Source: a virus
Taxonomy: Duplodnaviria > Caudoviricetes
IMG/VR virus record: IMGVR_UViG_3300011434_000345
Location: 1 to 58,743 of that record
Length of the DNA stretch: 58,743 nucleotides
Reading direction: 5' to 3' (one strand)
How positions within the stretch are numbered: the stretch's first letter is position 1; the number at the start of each line of letters is the position of its first letter. The translations under genes were made by a program, and so were the position numbers. This document shows positions 1-9,220 of the stretch, one piece after another. Below the pieces are notes generated by a model. That model was not told where the DNA came from, ran no database searches, and saw nothing but the letters and a program-made list of their open reading frames with translations.

Positions 1-123
1 GCACGGTCGCTGTGGATATCGATGATAAGCGAGAGTCGCTCGCTGTCGCCATCGTTGGTCACTCCATGCAGTTGTGAATTATCGACCATCCAACATTCGC
101 CGGGCTTCATCTCCACCTGCTCA
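1..123. repeat. 123-bp terminal overlap, identical to 58621-58743 (circular assembly)
   Basis: Direct comparison: gcacggtcgc...ctccacctgctca at both ends. Confidence 0.97.
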
Positions 124-563
124 TCCTCAATGGTAAAGACACAGGCCCACTGCGGGTGAGCAAGAACGATGTGGAACCGCGAAAAATAGTCTGTTTGTGC
201 CTGACTGTCGCTATGCGGCGCAATCGCGGTGCCGGGGTCCATGCGGGTAATCATGACCCGCCCGAGGCGCGTCCCCCGCACCGCGGCAAAGAGCGTCAAG
301 ACCAGCGGATGTGCTTCCGGCAAGGCCCACCAGGCCGGATATGGATGACACTCGTGGTCATCGTCCGACGTGGGCGCCGTGGCTTGGACGCCATACGCAG
401 GACCGCCGTTGAAGCGGAGAAGGATATCGCTCACCTGCGCGTGCGGGCTGCCCGGAAACGTGGTGCGAATCGGGTGCCGGTCCCAAAGCCACGGCTGCCG
501 ATGCAGGGCCACGAGCAAAGGCAGCACGTCGAGATTCTGGGCCAATTTGAGAAAGTGCTTCAT
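1..563 (-). CDS. Aspartyl/asparaginyl beta-hydroxylase-like 2OG-Fe(II) oxygenase, 189 aa; wraps the origin and stops at TAG 58614-58616
   Basis: Not in the ORF track; translated by hand from ATG 563: MKHFLKLAQNLDVLPLL...GRVMITRMDPGTAIAPHSD...RFHIVL...MKPGECWMVDNSQLHGVTNDGDSERLSLIIDI. Has HxD...H metal ligands and a C-terminal R typical of the family. Confidence 0.85.
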   Translation of the reverse strand, partial: MKHFLKLAQNLDVLPLLVALHRQPWLWDRHPIRTTFPGSPHAQVSDILLRFNGGPAYGVQATAPTSDDDHECHPYPAWWALPEAHPLVLTLFAAVRGTRLGRVMITRMDPGTAIAPHSDSQAQTDYFSRFHIVLAHPQWACVFTIEDEQVEMKPGECWMVDNSQLHGVTNDGDSERLSLIIDIHSDR

Positions 564-754
564 CAGTCCGTCCCCCGTCGTCGCTCCATCGTACTCACGT
601 AGTCACTGAGGTAGGCCAGCAGCGCCAGCGCATCCGCCCACGTCCCCGCGTCACAAATATAGGCACTCAACGCCTCGATGCTCTGATACACAAACCCCTG
701 TAAGTCCATCTGTTGCGCCGCCTTGTTCGCGGCGTCTTGGGAGAGATGCGCCAT
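563..754 (-). CDS. Small hypothetical protein
   Basis: 63 aa, abuts neighbours in the late operon. Confidence 0.55.
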   Translation of the reverse strand: MAHLSQDAANKAAQQMDLQGFVYQSIEALSAYICDAGTWADALALLAYLSDYVSTMERRRGTD

Positions 755-755
755 G

Positions 756-929
756 CTAGGGTCCCTCGAGAAGTGTCACGCGCGCCTCTAAGTCCGCCAA
801 CCGCGTCTCCACACTGGCTTGGCGCCGAAACAGCACATCGAGCCAGCGTTGCCAGAGCGCGGTCAGGAGAAAGCTCTGCCGCCCGATCAGTTCCTCACGG
901 AAGGGCGGGGGACTGAGAGACTCTGCCAC
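756..929 (-). CDS. Short coiled-coil virion protein, near the P22 gp26 (tail needle) position
   Basis: GTG start 929 with GGAG RBS; LTALWQRWLDVL...VETRLADLEARVTLLE; lies shortly downstream of the gp10-like gene. Confidence 0.45.
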   Translation of the reverse strand: MAESLSPPPFREELIGRQSFLLTALWQRWLDVLFRRQASVETRLADLEARVTLLEGP

Positions 930-1047
930 CGTTACTCCCCTCCCCCATCGTCCGCCATGGCCACCGGGAGCGGACCCCAGGTCCCAGCCCCACTCCCCAG
1001 CAGCAGCACCAGGACCGCAATCCACACGACACGCATGGCATGCTCCT

Positions 1048-1428
1048 CTAGGACGTCTCGACGGCCACGGGCTCTAATGCCGCATGGAGGTCTGCCGTGG
1101 TCACGCGGAGCGGAAACTCAGGGGCACGCTCGCCCCACGGGACAGCTTCGAGCTGCGCATGCATGATACTGACCTCCCAGCTATCCATGGGCAGGTTGTA
1201 CCGTAATGCCAACACGGCGGCGCCCGCATAACGCCCGCCCTCCGCAATGCCCAGCAACCGGGTCAACGCATCGGCAAGGGCACGAGGGTCCTGCGCCTGG
1301 AGGAGGGCTTTCCAGGCACGGACATGCCACAGCTGCTCCGTGGCAAGCGAGACCACCGCGCGCCGATCCGTAAAGGTGTAGTCGGCACGAATCCACGTAT
1401 CCATCCGTATCCCCTCAGTCGCCATCAT
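1048..1428 (-). CDS. Hypothetical protein
   Basis: ATG overlaps the TAA of the gp10-like gene; 126 aa. Confidence 0.55.
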   Translation of the reverse strand: MMATEGIRMDTWIRADYTFTDRRAVVSLATEQLWHVRAWKALLQAQDPRALADALTRLLGIAEGGRYAGAAVLALRYNLPMDSWEVSIMHAQLEAVPWGERAPEFPLRVTTADLHAALEPVAVETS

Positions 1429-2846
1429 TAACTCGCCTCCACGTTCGCGCCCAAGAGAGCGATTTGCACTGGGTCCGTCATGCCCACGCGAAAGGCCCGC
1501 TGGCGGTACGCCTGGCCAAGTCTGTGCCACCGGACACGCTCAAACGTGTGGCCAATGCGCCCGGCGCTGCGCCAGTGCTCCATGCTCCAGGTCTGCGCCC
1601 CATCGTCCGACCATTGCAAGCGCACCTGGGGATTCTCGCCCGGCGAGACCGCAGCGTCGAGCCCGACGCCCGCCTGCATGAGCAGCTCAAAACAGTGATA
1701 GGTGAGGCGTTGCCCCTCGCCACGCAGATGGGGCGCAATCCGCTCGCAGAGGCGCTCTTTCGTCCCGTAACGGTGATACGTCGGGTCCCAGACGTACAAT
1801 TGCCCAGTCGTGCTATCCCCCCACAGATGGAAGCCAAAGGCGCTACAGTGCTGGTGGCTCGGGTAGTTGGTCAGCGTGCCCGCCGCCTGCAAGTCCGCGA
1901 GTTCGGTCCAGGCTTGCGTGCTGGTGTCATAGAGCCACGTTTCCCCACCCGTTGGAAAGTCCAACCCGTACCAGGCGTGCCCGCCATGCCGCGCCGTAAA
2001 ACCGATGGCATCCGCCACCGTCGGCATGCCACTCATCGCGGTCTCCAGCGCATGCGTCGAGACGCGCACCGGCTGGTAGCCGTTGGCCATCCACACCGGG
2101 GATTCCCCGCGCGTGGTCCCGCCGAGCCAGAAGAGGGTATTGTCGAGGGCCTGAAAGCTCTCCGGCGCGCCACTGCCTTGCTCCAGGAAGACGCCACTCA
2201 TGCGCGCAAACGGGTCCAGGCTGTTGCCGGTCGAGTACCAGACTTCGGTGCTCTGACTGCCGGGAATCCAGAGTTCGCGGTGATCTACGAACAGCGTGGC
2301 AATCGGGTCGGGGCGGCCCTCCGCTTCGTAGAAACTGAGCGGATCCCACGTCAGCGCATCAAACAAGTCGCTAAAGTAAAAGCGCCGCGTGCCGGGGTCA
2401 TGCGAGAGCAAGCGCCCGTCGAGATAGAACACCCGCGCAAACGCCAGCCCGGGCGGCGCGACCGTCGTGAGCACGTTACTGGTCAAGTCAAGCACCCGGC
2501 CTTCCCCGTTCACACTCAGGAAGAGGGCAATACCGTTGTCGATCATCGACACGGGCGTGGTGCCGGTGGGGATGGTGCCCCTCGAAAGCACGGTCCACCC
2601 AGCAAAAATCTCAAAAATTGTCGTGGAAGTAACCGCAAAGGTCCTGCCAGTAGACGTCGTACACAGGCCACGCACCGGGGCGCTGGGCAGGAGCGCCACG
2701 GGCCGCAAGCCGGGCATGGAAAAAAGCGCAAAACGGCCGCGTTCATTGTCCAGTTCTTGTAGGTACATGTTGACCGTGCGATCAGCCGCCACAAAAGGAC
2801 TGCGGGATTGTCCGCTTGGACCGCAAAAGCCCTTTAACTCTGGCAT
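1428..2846 (-). CDS. P22 gp10-like packaged DNA stabilization / tail hub protein
   Basis: 472 aa from ATG 2846; motifs AADRTVNMY, SMIDNG, EAEGRPD, STEVW, RVSTHALE, LQWSDDGAQTWS; follows the gp4-like gene as in P22. Confidence 0.85.
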   Translation of the reverse strand: MPELKGFCGPSGQSRSPFVAADRTVNMYLQELDNERGRFALFSMPGLRPVALLPSAPVRGLCTTSTGRTFAVTSTTIFEIFAGWTVLSRGTIPTGTTPVSMIDNGIALFLSVNGEGRVLDLTSNVLTTVAPPGLAFARVFYLDGRLLSHDPGTRRFYFSDLFDALTWDPLSFYEAEGRPDPIATLFVDHRELWIPGSQSTEVWYSTGNSLDPFARMSGVFLEQGSGAPESFQALDNTLFWLGGTTRGESPVWMANGYQPVRVSTHALETAMSGMPTVADAIGFTARHGGHAWYGLDFPTGGETWLYDTSTQAWTELADLQAAGTLTNYPSHQHCSAFGFHLWGDSTTGQLYVWDPTYHRYGTKERLCERIAPHLRGEGQRLTYHCFELLMQAGVGLDAAVSPGENPQVRLQWSDDGAQTWSMEHWRSAGRIGHTFERVRWHRLGQAYRQRAFRVGMTDPVQIALLGANVEAS

Positions 2847-3553
2847 CACGGGCTCCAACTCCGTAAATCCGTGCCCACATGCACCGGCCACAGGGCCGCG
2901 TCCACCTGCGCCCGGGGGACCACGACGTTTTGGCGCTTCACATTCGCTTTGGCTTCCATCAGCTGCGCGAGCTGCACGCCGGTGGCCTCGCGCCCATACT
3001 CCGGCGCCGCTTCCACCGTGAGTCCGGTGCGAAGCAGCCGCTCGTAGCCAGGGGGCAGCAACACCACCGTGTCCAAGTCCACAAAGTGCGGCAACACGCG
3101 GTACGGATATACAATCAGGTCCCACGCTTGCGTCGGCACGGCCCAGATGAACAGTTCCCCGAGCGGAAAGCTGGGGGCGTAGTAAAGCGCCGTCGGCATC
3201 CCCGGCGCGGTCTTGTCGGGAATCGCCCCGTACCGCGCCTGGTCAATCACGTTGACTTCGTACTCATAACTACTGGTCGCATCCCGCAGGTGCGCCTGGG
3301 GGCCAAGCTGGAGCGGTCGCTCACTCGCCAGCACCCCCCCGACGCCCCACGTATAGCTCGCCACGCTGGGCACCAACGGGACCACCGTGGCGGGGGTGTG
3401 GTAGATCGTCAACCGCTCCAGACTATACGAGTCCACCAGGGCGTTGAGGAGTTCCAGCGCATCGGTCGCCATGACGGCTTGCACCGGCTCCTCCGCCGAG
3501 GCCACGCCGAGCGAGCGCAGCGCCCCAGAAATCACTGTTCTTGCGGTCGGCAT
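2846..3553 (-). CDS. Head-to-tail adaptor (P22 gp4-like)
   Basis: MPTARTVISGALRSLGV...ALELLNALVDS and LPPGYERLLR; position between coat and gp10. Confidence 0.75.
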   Translation of the reverse strand: MPTARTVISGALRSLGVASAEEPVQAVMATDALELLNALVDSYSLERLTIYHTPATVVPLVPSVASYTWGVGGVLASERPLQLGPQAHLRDATSSYEYEVNVIDQARYGAIPDKTAPGMPTALYYAPSFPLGELFIWAVPTQAWDLIVYPYRVLPHFVDLDTVVLLPPGYERLLRTGLTVEAAPEYGREATGVQLAQLMEAKANVKRQNVVVPRAQVDAALWPVHVGTDLRSWSP

Positions 3554-3562
3554 GCAGAAACC

Positions 3563-4024
3563 TTACCCGTAAAAGGCGTAACTCACCGCCCCGGCCACCG
3601 TAAAGCCCGCCGTGATATTCGCGCCCGCCGTGAGGGCGGTCAGCACCGCCGCGCCCGCAAACGTGCGGGGCAGCGGGGCCGCGGGGAACGACGAAAAGAG
3701 CACCGGCGTGCCCGCAGCAATCGTGAGGGTGGTGCCCAGCCCGGTCGGGTTGGCAGGCACCATCAGTTTCGTCGTTTCATCCAGATACGCCTCCCAGCCG
3801 AGCGACACGGTGAGCAAGGCCAGGGCGGTACACTGAATCCACGACAGGTTGGGCAGCAAGACGGCATGTTGTGGCACGCGGCACAGCCGCAACGTCGAGC
3901 CGATGTCCGCTTGCACGGGAATGGGCATGGTGAACACGTAGCACCGGATGTCCCCATCCGCTTTCGCCGTGAGGGCGGGATAGCCCGGCGTGAGCAGGTC
4001 ACTATTCACAGTAAGAATGGCCAT
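3563..4024 (-). CDS. Putative virion structural / decoration protein
   Basis: 153 aa, small-residue and beta-rich, in the head gene cluster, GGAG RBS. Confidence 0.5.
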   Translation of the reverse strand: MAILTVNSDLLTPGYPALTAKADGDIRCYVFTMPIPVQADIGSTLRLCRVPQHAVLLPNLSWIQCTALALLTVSLGWEAYLDETTKLMVPANPTGLGTTLTIAAGTPVLFSSFPAAPLPRTFAGAAVLTALTAGANITAGFTVAGAVSYAFYG

Positions 4025-4027
4025 GCG

Positions 4028-4312
4028 TTATCTCCTACGCGCGTGCGGCGCGTCGGGGGTATCGGGCATATCCGGCACGTCATGTAGGGGGGGCGCCATT
4101 GGGGCCGGGGGCATCCTGGGCGGCGGCACGGAGGCCGCGCCGGTCTGGGCTGCCTGGGCCGCGAGCTTCAGGGCCTCGGCGGCCTGTTCCTCGGGCGTAA
4201 AAGGATCGTAGCGGTAGCCGTCCGGAAGGGCAGCCTCCTGCTCGAGGCTCTCCACCAGCACGGACGGCCGGGTGAGATGGTGCAACCAGCAGGGATAGAT
4301 ATGCTCGTCCAT
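4028..4312 (-). CDS. Hypothetical protein downstream of coat
   Basis: MDEHIYPCWLHH..., Pro-rich tail. Confidence 0.5.
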   Translation of the reverse strand: MDEHIYPCWLHHLTRPSVLVESLEQEAALPDGYRYDPFTPEEQAAEALKLAAQAAQTGAASVPPPRMPPAPMAPPLHDVPDMPDTPDAPHARRR

Positions 4313-4350
4313 AGGGGCTCCAGGGCAGGGCCAGCCTGTCCATGTCAGAG

Positions 4351-5601
4351 TTAGTCGGCGACGGACCAGATGCGCACGGCGGTCGCCGGACGAATCGCGG
4401 CCCAGCCAAACAGAATGTCGCAACGATTAATCGAGGTATACGTGCGGGAGTCAAAGTCCCGCATACTTTGCATGCTGAAGCCGTTGTCCGGGTCCGTCAC
4501 GCGCTGCGCTTCGATGTTGCCCGGCGGCTTCTCCAGGTCCACGCACGCCAGAGTGAACGCATCCGTGTGGTAGCCAATGTTCTGCTTGTAATAGCGGTCG
4601 GGCAGCCCATTGAACGACAGCAGGGCGTTATCGGCAGGCGCCGCCGTGACCGTCTGCCGGGGATTGGGCGCCAGGATGATCGCAGGCTTAAACGGAATGG
4701 CCACCAGCCCCGCGGCTGTACTACTCACATCGGCGGTGACGGTAAAATCCTGCAACCGCCCCGTCGAGAGCCGGGAGCGGGGATTGACGGCAAACACGCC
4801 TGCCACCTGGAACACGTCGCCGCGCCGCAAGCGCAAGGCCGCCGCCGCCGTCCACGTCTTGGTATTCAGGACGCTGCCCGTCTGCCCGGCCAGGTCCACC
4901 ACGGGCACCCCACCACGCGGCCCCACTTGATGCGTAATGACGTTCTGATCCATGTTGAACTTGAAGCCCGCAAAGCGGCCCAGCATCCCATCCTCGTAGG
5001 CGCTGGCAATCTCCGGGCCACTGTGAAAGAGGGCGCTGTTGCTGTCCACGATGCGGGCCTGTTCCCACTGATCCATGACCACCATGCGGCGGCCATCGCG
5101 GGGGGTGGCGAAATCGTCGAGGAGGGCGGCCGCTTGCCCGTAGACCGTACGGGTATTGACGGCATTGGTCCAGACGCCCGCGCCCCAGGAGCCGCCGCCA
5201 ATCGAGTTGGCGACATTCCAGTAGCACGTCTGGAAGCCCGAGAGGTCCACGCTATTGGCCAGCTCGATGCCTTTCGGCTCGCCAACCCGTTTGCTCCAGT
5301 CGTCAAAGTTAAAAGTCTGCTCCACGAGGCCCATTTCCAGGTCACAATGCTTATGAAAATCAATCGAGAGCGGCACGGTGGTTTCCTGATAGGCCCCGCC
5401 CACAAACGTGGGACCATCCTGCACCACAAACGGGGTGGGCTCCCGGATTTGCAACACCTTGCCAATCTTCGCGCCAGTGATGGCAAACTGATTGTCATAC
5501 TTCCGGTTCACGTTACTGGAGAACACAATGTTGTTCTTCAGCACTTGCAGAATGCGCCGCGTCACCATGGTAATAGTGACGTAGGTATTAGTATCCGCCA
5601 T
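4351..5601 (-). CDS. Major capsid protein, P22 gp5-like
   Basis: 416 aa; VNRKYD..FA..GAKIG..L.IR.P, DQNV..H.VG, GDVF..AGVFAVNP, HTDAFTLA, RCDILFGWAAIRP. Confidence 0.92.
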   Translation of the reverse strand: MADTNTYVTITMVTRRILQVLKNNIVFSSNVNRKYDNQFAITGAKIGKVLQIREPTPFVVQDGPTFVGGAYQETTVPLSIDFHKHCDLEMGLVEQTFNFDDWSKRVGEPKGIELANSVDLSGFQTCYWNVANSIGGGSWGAGVWTNAVNTRTVYGQAAALLDDFATPRDGRRMVVMDQWEQARIVDSNSALFHSGPEIASAYEDGMLGRFAGFKFNMDQNVITHQVGPRGGVPVVDLAGQTGSVLNTKTWTAAAALRLRRGDVFQVAGVFAVNPRSRLSTGRLQDFTVTADVSSTAAGLVAIPFKPAIILAPNPRQTVTAAPADNALLSFNGLPDRYYKQNIGYHTDAFTLACVDLEKPPGNIEAQRVTDPDNGFSMQSMRDFDSRTYTSINRCDILFGWAAIRPATAVRIWSVAD

Positions 5602-5610
5602 GCAGGGCTC

Positions 5611-6501
5611 CTACCGACGCCGAGACGCCTGTTTCCACCAGGCTTCAAATTCCGCCTGGCTCATATCCTCACGGTAGCCCGGCGTCGTGGTACGCCCCCC
5701 GCCAGACAGCGGCGTCGGGGGCTCGGGTTTGGGGGTGGCCTGGCGCGGCGCGGCTCGAGCCGGAGGCGGAGCTCCGGTCCCGTTGGCACTCGCCCGCAAC
5801 AGGCCAAGTTCAATGCCGAGACGATGCCAGGGCACTTGATTGAGCCGCTGGATATCCTCGGGGTGGTCATGGAGATGCAGGACCAGGTCGGGGCCATGCG
5901 TGCCCGCCAGCTCAATCGCCGTCTTCAGATTCGGGGAGAGCTGACGCACCACGACACCGCAGCGCTCGTAATAGTCCGGGTGCTGCCGGAGCACTTCCGC
6001 TTCCCGCTGGCGCACGGCCTGCTGGGCATCCGCGAGTTCGCGTTGCTGCGCGGCCTCCTGCGCTTTGGTCGCTTGCTCGGCCTGAAACGCCGTGAGGCGT
6101 TGCTCGGCGCGGTAGTCGGCGACCGCTTCAATGTAGGCATCTTCCGCCGCGTAGTACGCCTCCTGGGACGTGAAATCCTCACTGCGCGGGCGCACGGGGC
6201 GCGACGGGGCCGCAGGCGCGGCCTCAGGAGCCGCAGGCCGTTGGAGGGCCTGGACCGTGCCTTTGAGCATGTCCAGTTCCCGCTGGTACTCGTAATTGCG
6301 ACGGGTCAACGTATCAATGCGCCGTTGAATGCCCCGCGGGACGGGGGGCTCCTCCTCGGGCGCAGCAGGGGCTGAGTCTGCGTCAGGCGCTGTCGACTCC
6401 GGAGACGCCTCGGCGGGCGGCTCCTCAGTGACAGGCGCAGCCGGGGGTAGCGAGGGCGGGGAGCCTTCTTCCACCAAAATCCCAGTCTGTTCTTCGGCCA
6501 T
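5611..6501 (-). CDS. Scaffolding protein
   Basis: Acidic Pro/Ala-rich N-terminus, GIQRRIDTLTRR, P..EDF...Y, C-terminal MSQAEFEAW; directly upstream of coat. Confidence 0.8.
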   Translation of the reverse strand: MAEEQTGILVEEGSPPSLPPAAPVTEEPPAEASPESTAPDADSAPAAPEEEPPVPRGIQRRIDTLTRRNYEYQRELDMLKGTVQALQRPAAPEAAPAAPSRPVRPRSEDFTSQEAYYAAEDAYIEAVADYRAEQRLTAFQAEQATKAQEAAQQRELADAQQAVRQREAEVLRQHPDYYERCGVVVRQLSPNLKTAIELAGTHGPDLVLHLHDHPEDIQRLNQVPWHRLGIELGLLRASANGTGAPPPARAAPRQATPKPEPPTPLSGGGRTTTPGYREDMSQAEFEAWWKQASRRR

Positions 6502-6589
6502 CGGGCGTACTCCATTAGCATGTGGTACGCGCCCCACATGAGGGCGAGGCAGGCACAGGACCCGGTGCCTGAGCGGGAGGTCGAAACGG

Positions 6590-6697
6590 TATCGGCGCTA
6601 GCAACGCAAAAAGCCCCCACAGTGCCGCTTCTAGAAGCACTCTGAGGGCTCAGATTTGCGCCGTCCCCTGGGGATCAGGCAGGGGCTAGCGCCGATA
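6590..6697 (-). ncRNA. Candidate structured cis-regulatory RNA between portal and scaffold
   Basis: Perfect 13-bp inverted repeat (6590-6602 / 6685-6697) enclosing nested stems cgcaaa/tttgcg, agccc/gggct, agtgc/gcact and ccctg/caggg. Confidence 0.5.
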
Positions 6698-6721
6698 TAC
6701 ACTTGTGTGCGAACAAGGCTG

Positions 6722-8833
6722 CTAGGGCCGCACGCTCCCAGTGCTGACCGGCGGCCGCAGGGCCTGCATCCTGTCGGTGCGCGCCTCGTACTCGGCGAGC
6801 GCCAAGTCCAGCTCCGCCATGCGGGCCTCATGCGCCTGTTCCTGCGCCTGGAGCGCCAGCTTGTGCTCTTCGAGTTGCTGCTTCAGCGCCAGCTCGCGCT
6901 CTTTGTTCTGCACCGCCAGCCGCAATTGCTGATTGTCCATCGTGAGGCTCTGCATGCTCTGTTGCATCTGCATCAGTTGCCCCTGGACTTTCTTCAGTTC
7001 CTCTTCCAGGAGCGGGGCTTTCTGCGCAAGCTGCATTTGTTCCTGCGCCTTGGCAAACTTCTCCGCGCCGGGCTCATCGGCCAACAGTTCCGGGGGCATC
7101 GCTTTCTTCAGGCGATTCGCGGCCTGCTCGGCAAAGTCCACATCGAGGCTGCGGAAATAGATGTCGCCAATCGTATGCTGGAGCCATTCAGAGCTGCCCA
7201 TAATCGGGCTCAGCTTATCGACCGCGTCCTGGCGCTTGGTCGCAAACGACGGCCCACCATCCACGCGCACATCGTAGCGCCCCACCGTCACGTCGTAGAG
7301 CCGTTCCTTCCCGTCTTCATCGACGTAGCGTTGATTGAGCAGCACCTGGCGCACTTGCTCATCGTCGCCCACAATGCGCACGGTCTGCGGGCCATCGTAG
7401 TAGTGCGGGATGGCGTCGAGGAGGATGCGCCCGAGATGGCGAATCATCCAGCGCTCATTATCCTGGTAGTGGAAGCAGGCTGTATTAATGCCCTGCTGGC
7501 GCCGTCGGATGGCCTCCCCACTGATGGCCGGGTCCTGATCTTGCACCTGGTCATGGTAGCCGCTAATCGCGTTGATGTGATCGGCCGCCATGGCGACCCC
7601 TTGCATCATGGCCTGCACGGCCGGCTCCACGGCGGAGCGTTGCGGCGGGGGCAGGACCGTGCCCGCCACCTGCACAGGATTGTACGGCAGATAGCTATAA
7701 TTGCTCGTGTTCGCCGCGTTCCAGTATTCTTCAAAGCCCTGGAACTGTTCATAGGCGCCCACAAAGGCGTTCTTGGGCGCAAGGGCCACCCCTTCGGTAA
7801 AGGCGGTGAACCAGTAATTGGCCATCTGCTGGGGATCTTTCAAGCGCCGCGTCAGGCCGCGATAATCGACCTCCCCCTCGAGGTCCATCTGTTCCCCCAC
7901 GAGCTGCGCCAGCGGCAGATACCGCCCCAGCCAGTGCGTTTTTTCCAGCACTTCATGGCCATTGATTTTGGCTTGCCAGACCTGCGGGATGCGCGTCGTG
8001 CGTGTTTTGAGCACCAGGGGCTGTTGGTCGGGCGTGACGCGCGCCATCGGGAGCACCTGCCCATCCTCCAAGAGTGCCAGTTCCATCGGGCGCCACTCGC
8101 GCCACCAGTATTCGGCCACCTGCACCTCGCTACCGTTGAACCAGGTGTCCCCTTCCGCCGCCCAATGGGTCGCGTCGACAGGCAGGCGCCGATACGTCCG
8201 CTCGTAGTCGTCCTTGGCCAGGCGGGTCACGATGAACGTCCAATTGGCGTCCGAGCCATCGGGCATGGTGTACGCCGGGTCCAGGTAGACGCTAAACGGG
8301 TTGCGAATGGGCAGGATGCGCAGTTCCTGGCGAAAGCTGAAATCGTCCACATAGACCGGCACGATCCGACAGAAGCCGCGCCCAATGCCGACGGCCTGCT
8401 GGCGACTGGTCGTGTAGGCGATATCGGCCTGGCTCTGCTGCTCGATGTCCCGCACCAGGCCGCGCAGAATCTTCGCCGTCTCGGGGTCCGCCTGATCGTC
8501 CACCGCGCTGACAATGATCCCCGGGCGATGCTGGCGCCCCTCGTTGACAATCTGGCGCAGGTGCGTGCCCATGCGGTCAATAGTGAGACATGGGCGCCGG
8601 TCGCGGTCACGTTGCTCGACAATGCCCGGCGGCCACTGTTCGCCGGCCTCGAAGCGCTGGTCCTTCAGCGCTCTCGTGCGCCAGGCGCTTTCGGCCTGCT
8701 CCGCCTGCGTCCAGTGCGTCTGCGCGGTGGCGAGCAGCGTCGCATCGTCCTCAGAGGGCCACAGGAGCGGCGCCGCGTCCGGGTCCTGCATCGCCGAGGA
8801 GGGCGTGGATGCAAAGGGAAACGACTCAGCCAC
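6722..8833 (-). CDS. Portal protein, P22 gp1-like
   Basis: 703 aa; DQRFEAGEQWP, RPCLTID, VYLDP...PDGSDA.W, LKDPQQMANYW, DVTVGRYDV.VD.GPSFATKRQ, C-terminal coiled-coil barrel. Confidence 0.93.
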   Translation of the reverse strand: MAESFPFASTPSSAMQDPDAAPLLWPSEDDATLLATAQTHWTQAEQAESAWRTRALKDQRFEAGEQWPPGIVEQRDRDRRPCLTIDRMGTHLRQIVNEGRQHRPGIIVSAVDDQADPETAKILRGLVRDIEQQSQADIAYTTSRQQAVGIGRGFCRIVPVYVDDFSFRQELRILPIRNPFSVYLDPAYTMPDGSDANWTFIVTRLAKDDYERTYRRLPVDATHWAAEGDTWFNGSEVQVAEYWWREWRPMELALLEDGQVLPMARVTPDQQPLVLKTRTTRIPQVWQAKINGHEVLEKTHWLGRYLPLAQLVGEQMDLEGEVDYRGLTRRLKDPQQMANYWFTAFTEGVALAPKNAFVGAYEQFQGFEEYWNAANTSNYSYLPYNPVQVAGTVLPPPQRSAVEPAVQAMMQGVAMAADHINAISGYHDQVQDQDPAISGEAIRRRQQGINTACFHYQDNERWMIRHLGRILLDAIPHYYDGPQTVRIVGDDEQVRQVLLNQRYVDEDGKERLYDVTVGRYDVRVDGGPSFATKRQDAVDKLSPIMGSSEWLQHTIGDIYFRSLDVDFAEQAANRLKKAMPPELLADEPGAEKFAKAQEQMQLAQKAPLLEEELKKVQGQLMQMQQSMQSLTMDNQQLRLAVQNKERELALKQQLEEHKLALQAQEQAHEARMAELDLALAEYEARTDRMQALRPPVSTGSVRP

Positions 8834-9213
8834 TCAGCGCTCCTAGCGCCTCGGTCAGCAGCACTTGTTCGGCCGTATCAAAGCGCAGCGTATAGCGATG
8901 GCCATCCTGCGTACACACCACGATCAGTTCACTACTGGTGGGATAGACACGGAACGGTTCTTCAAAACTGGACGCCGGGTCAATCTGTAAGTGCATCGGC
9001 TTCGTCCTCCTCGCGCAAGCGACATGCCAGCCAGTCCAGCGCCAGCAGCGCATGCGTATAGGCGCCACATAGGAGTGACTCGGGGGGATACACGGCCTGC
9101 CGTGCCCGCAGCACGGAGCGGGCGCTACTCACCCAGAGCCGCTCGCTGGTCAGGCGCGTCTCGGGGAAGGCCAGCGTGGCGGGGGCATACGGGGTCGCGT
9201 CTTCGGTCATCAT
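8826..9213 (-). CDS. Two small hypothetical proteins (8826-8996 and 8980-9213)
   Basis: Overlapping short ORFs filling the TerL-portal gap. Confidence 0.45.
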
Positions 9214-9220
9214 CGCTCCT

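Noticed and set aside
1-123. Biological direct terminal repeat
   Set aside because: It falls inside a gene and is best explained as assembler overlap of a circular or permuted genome.
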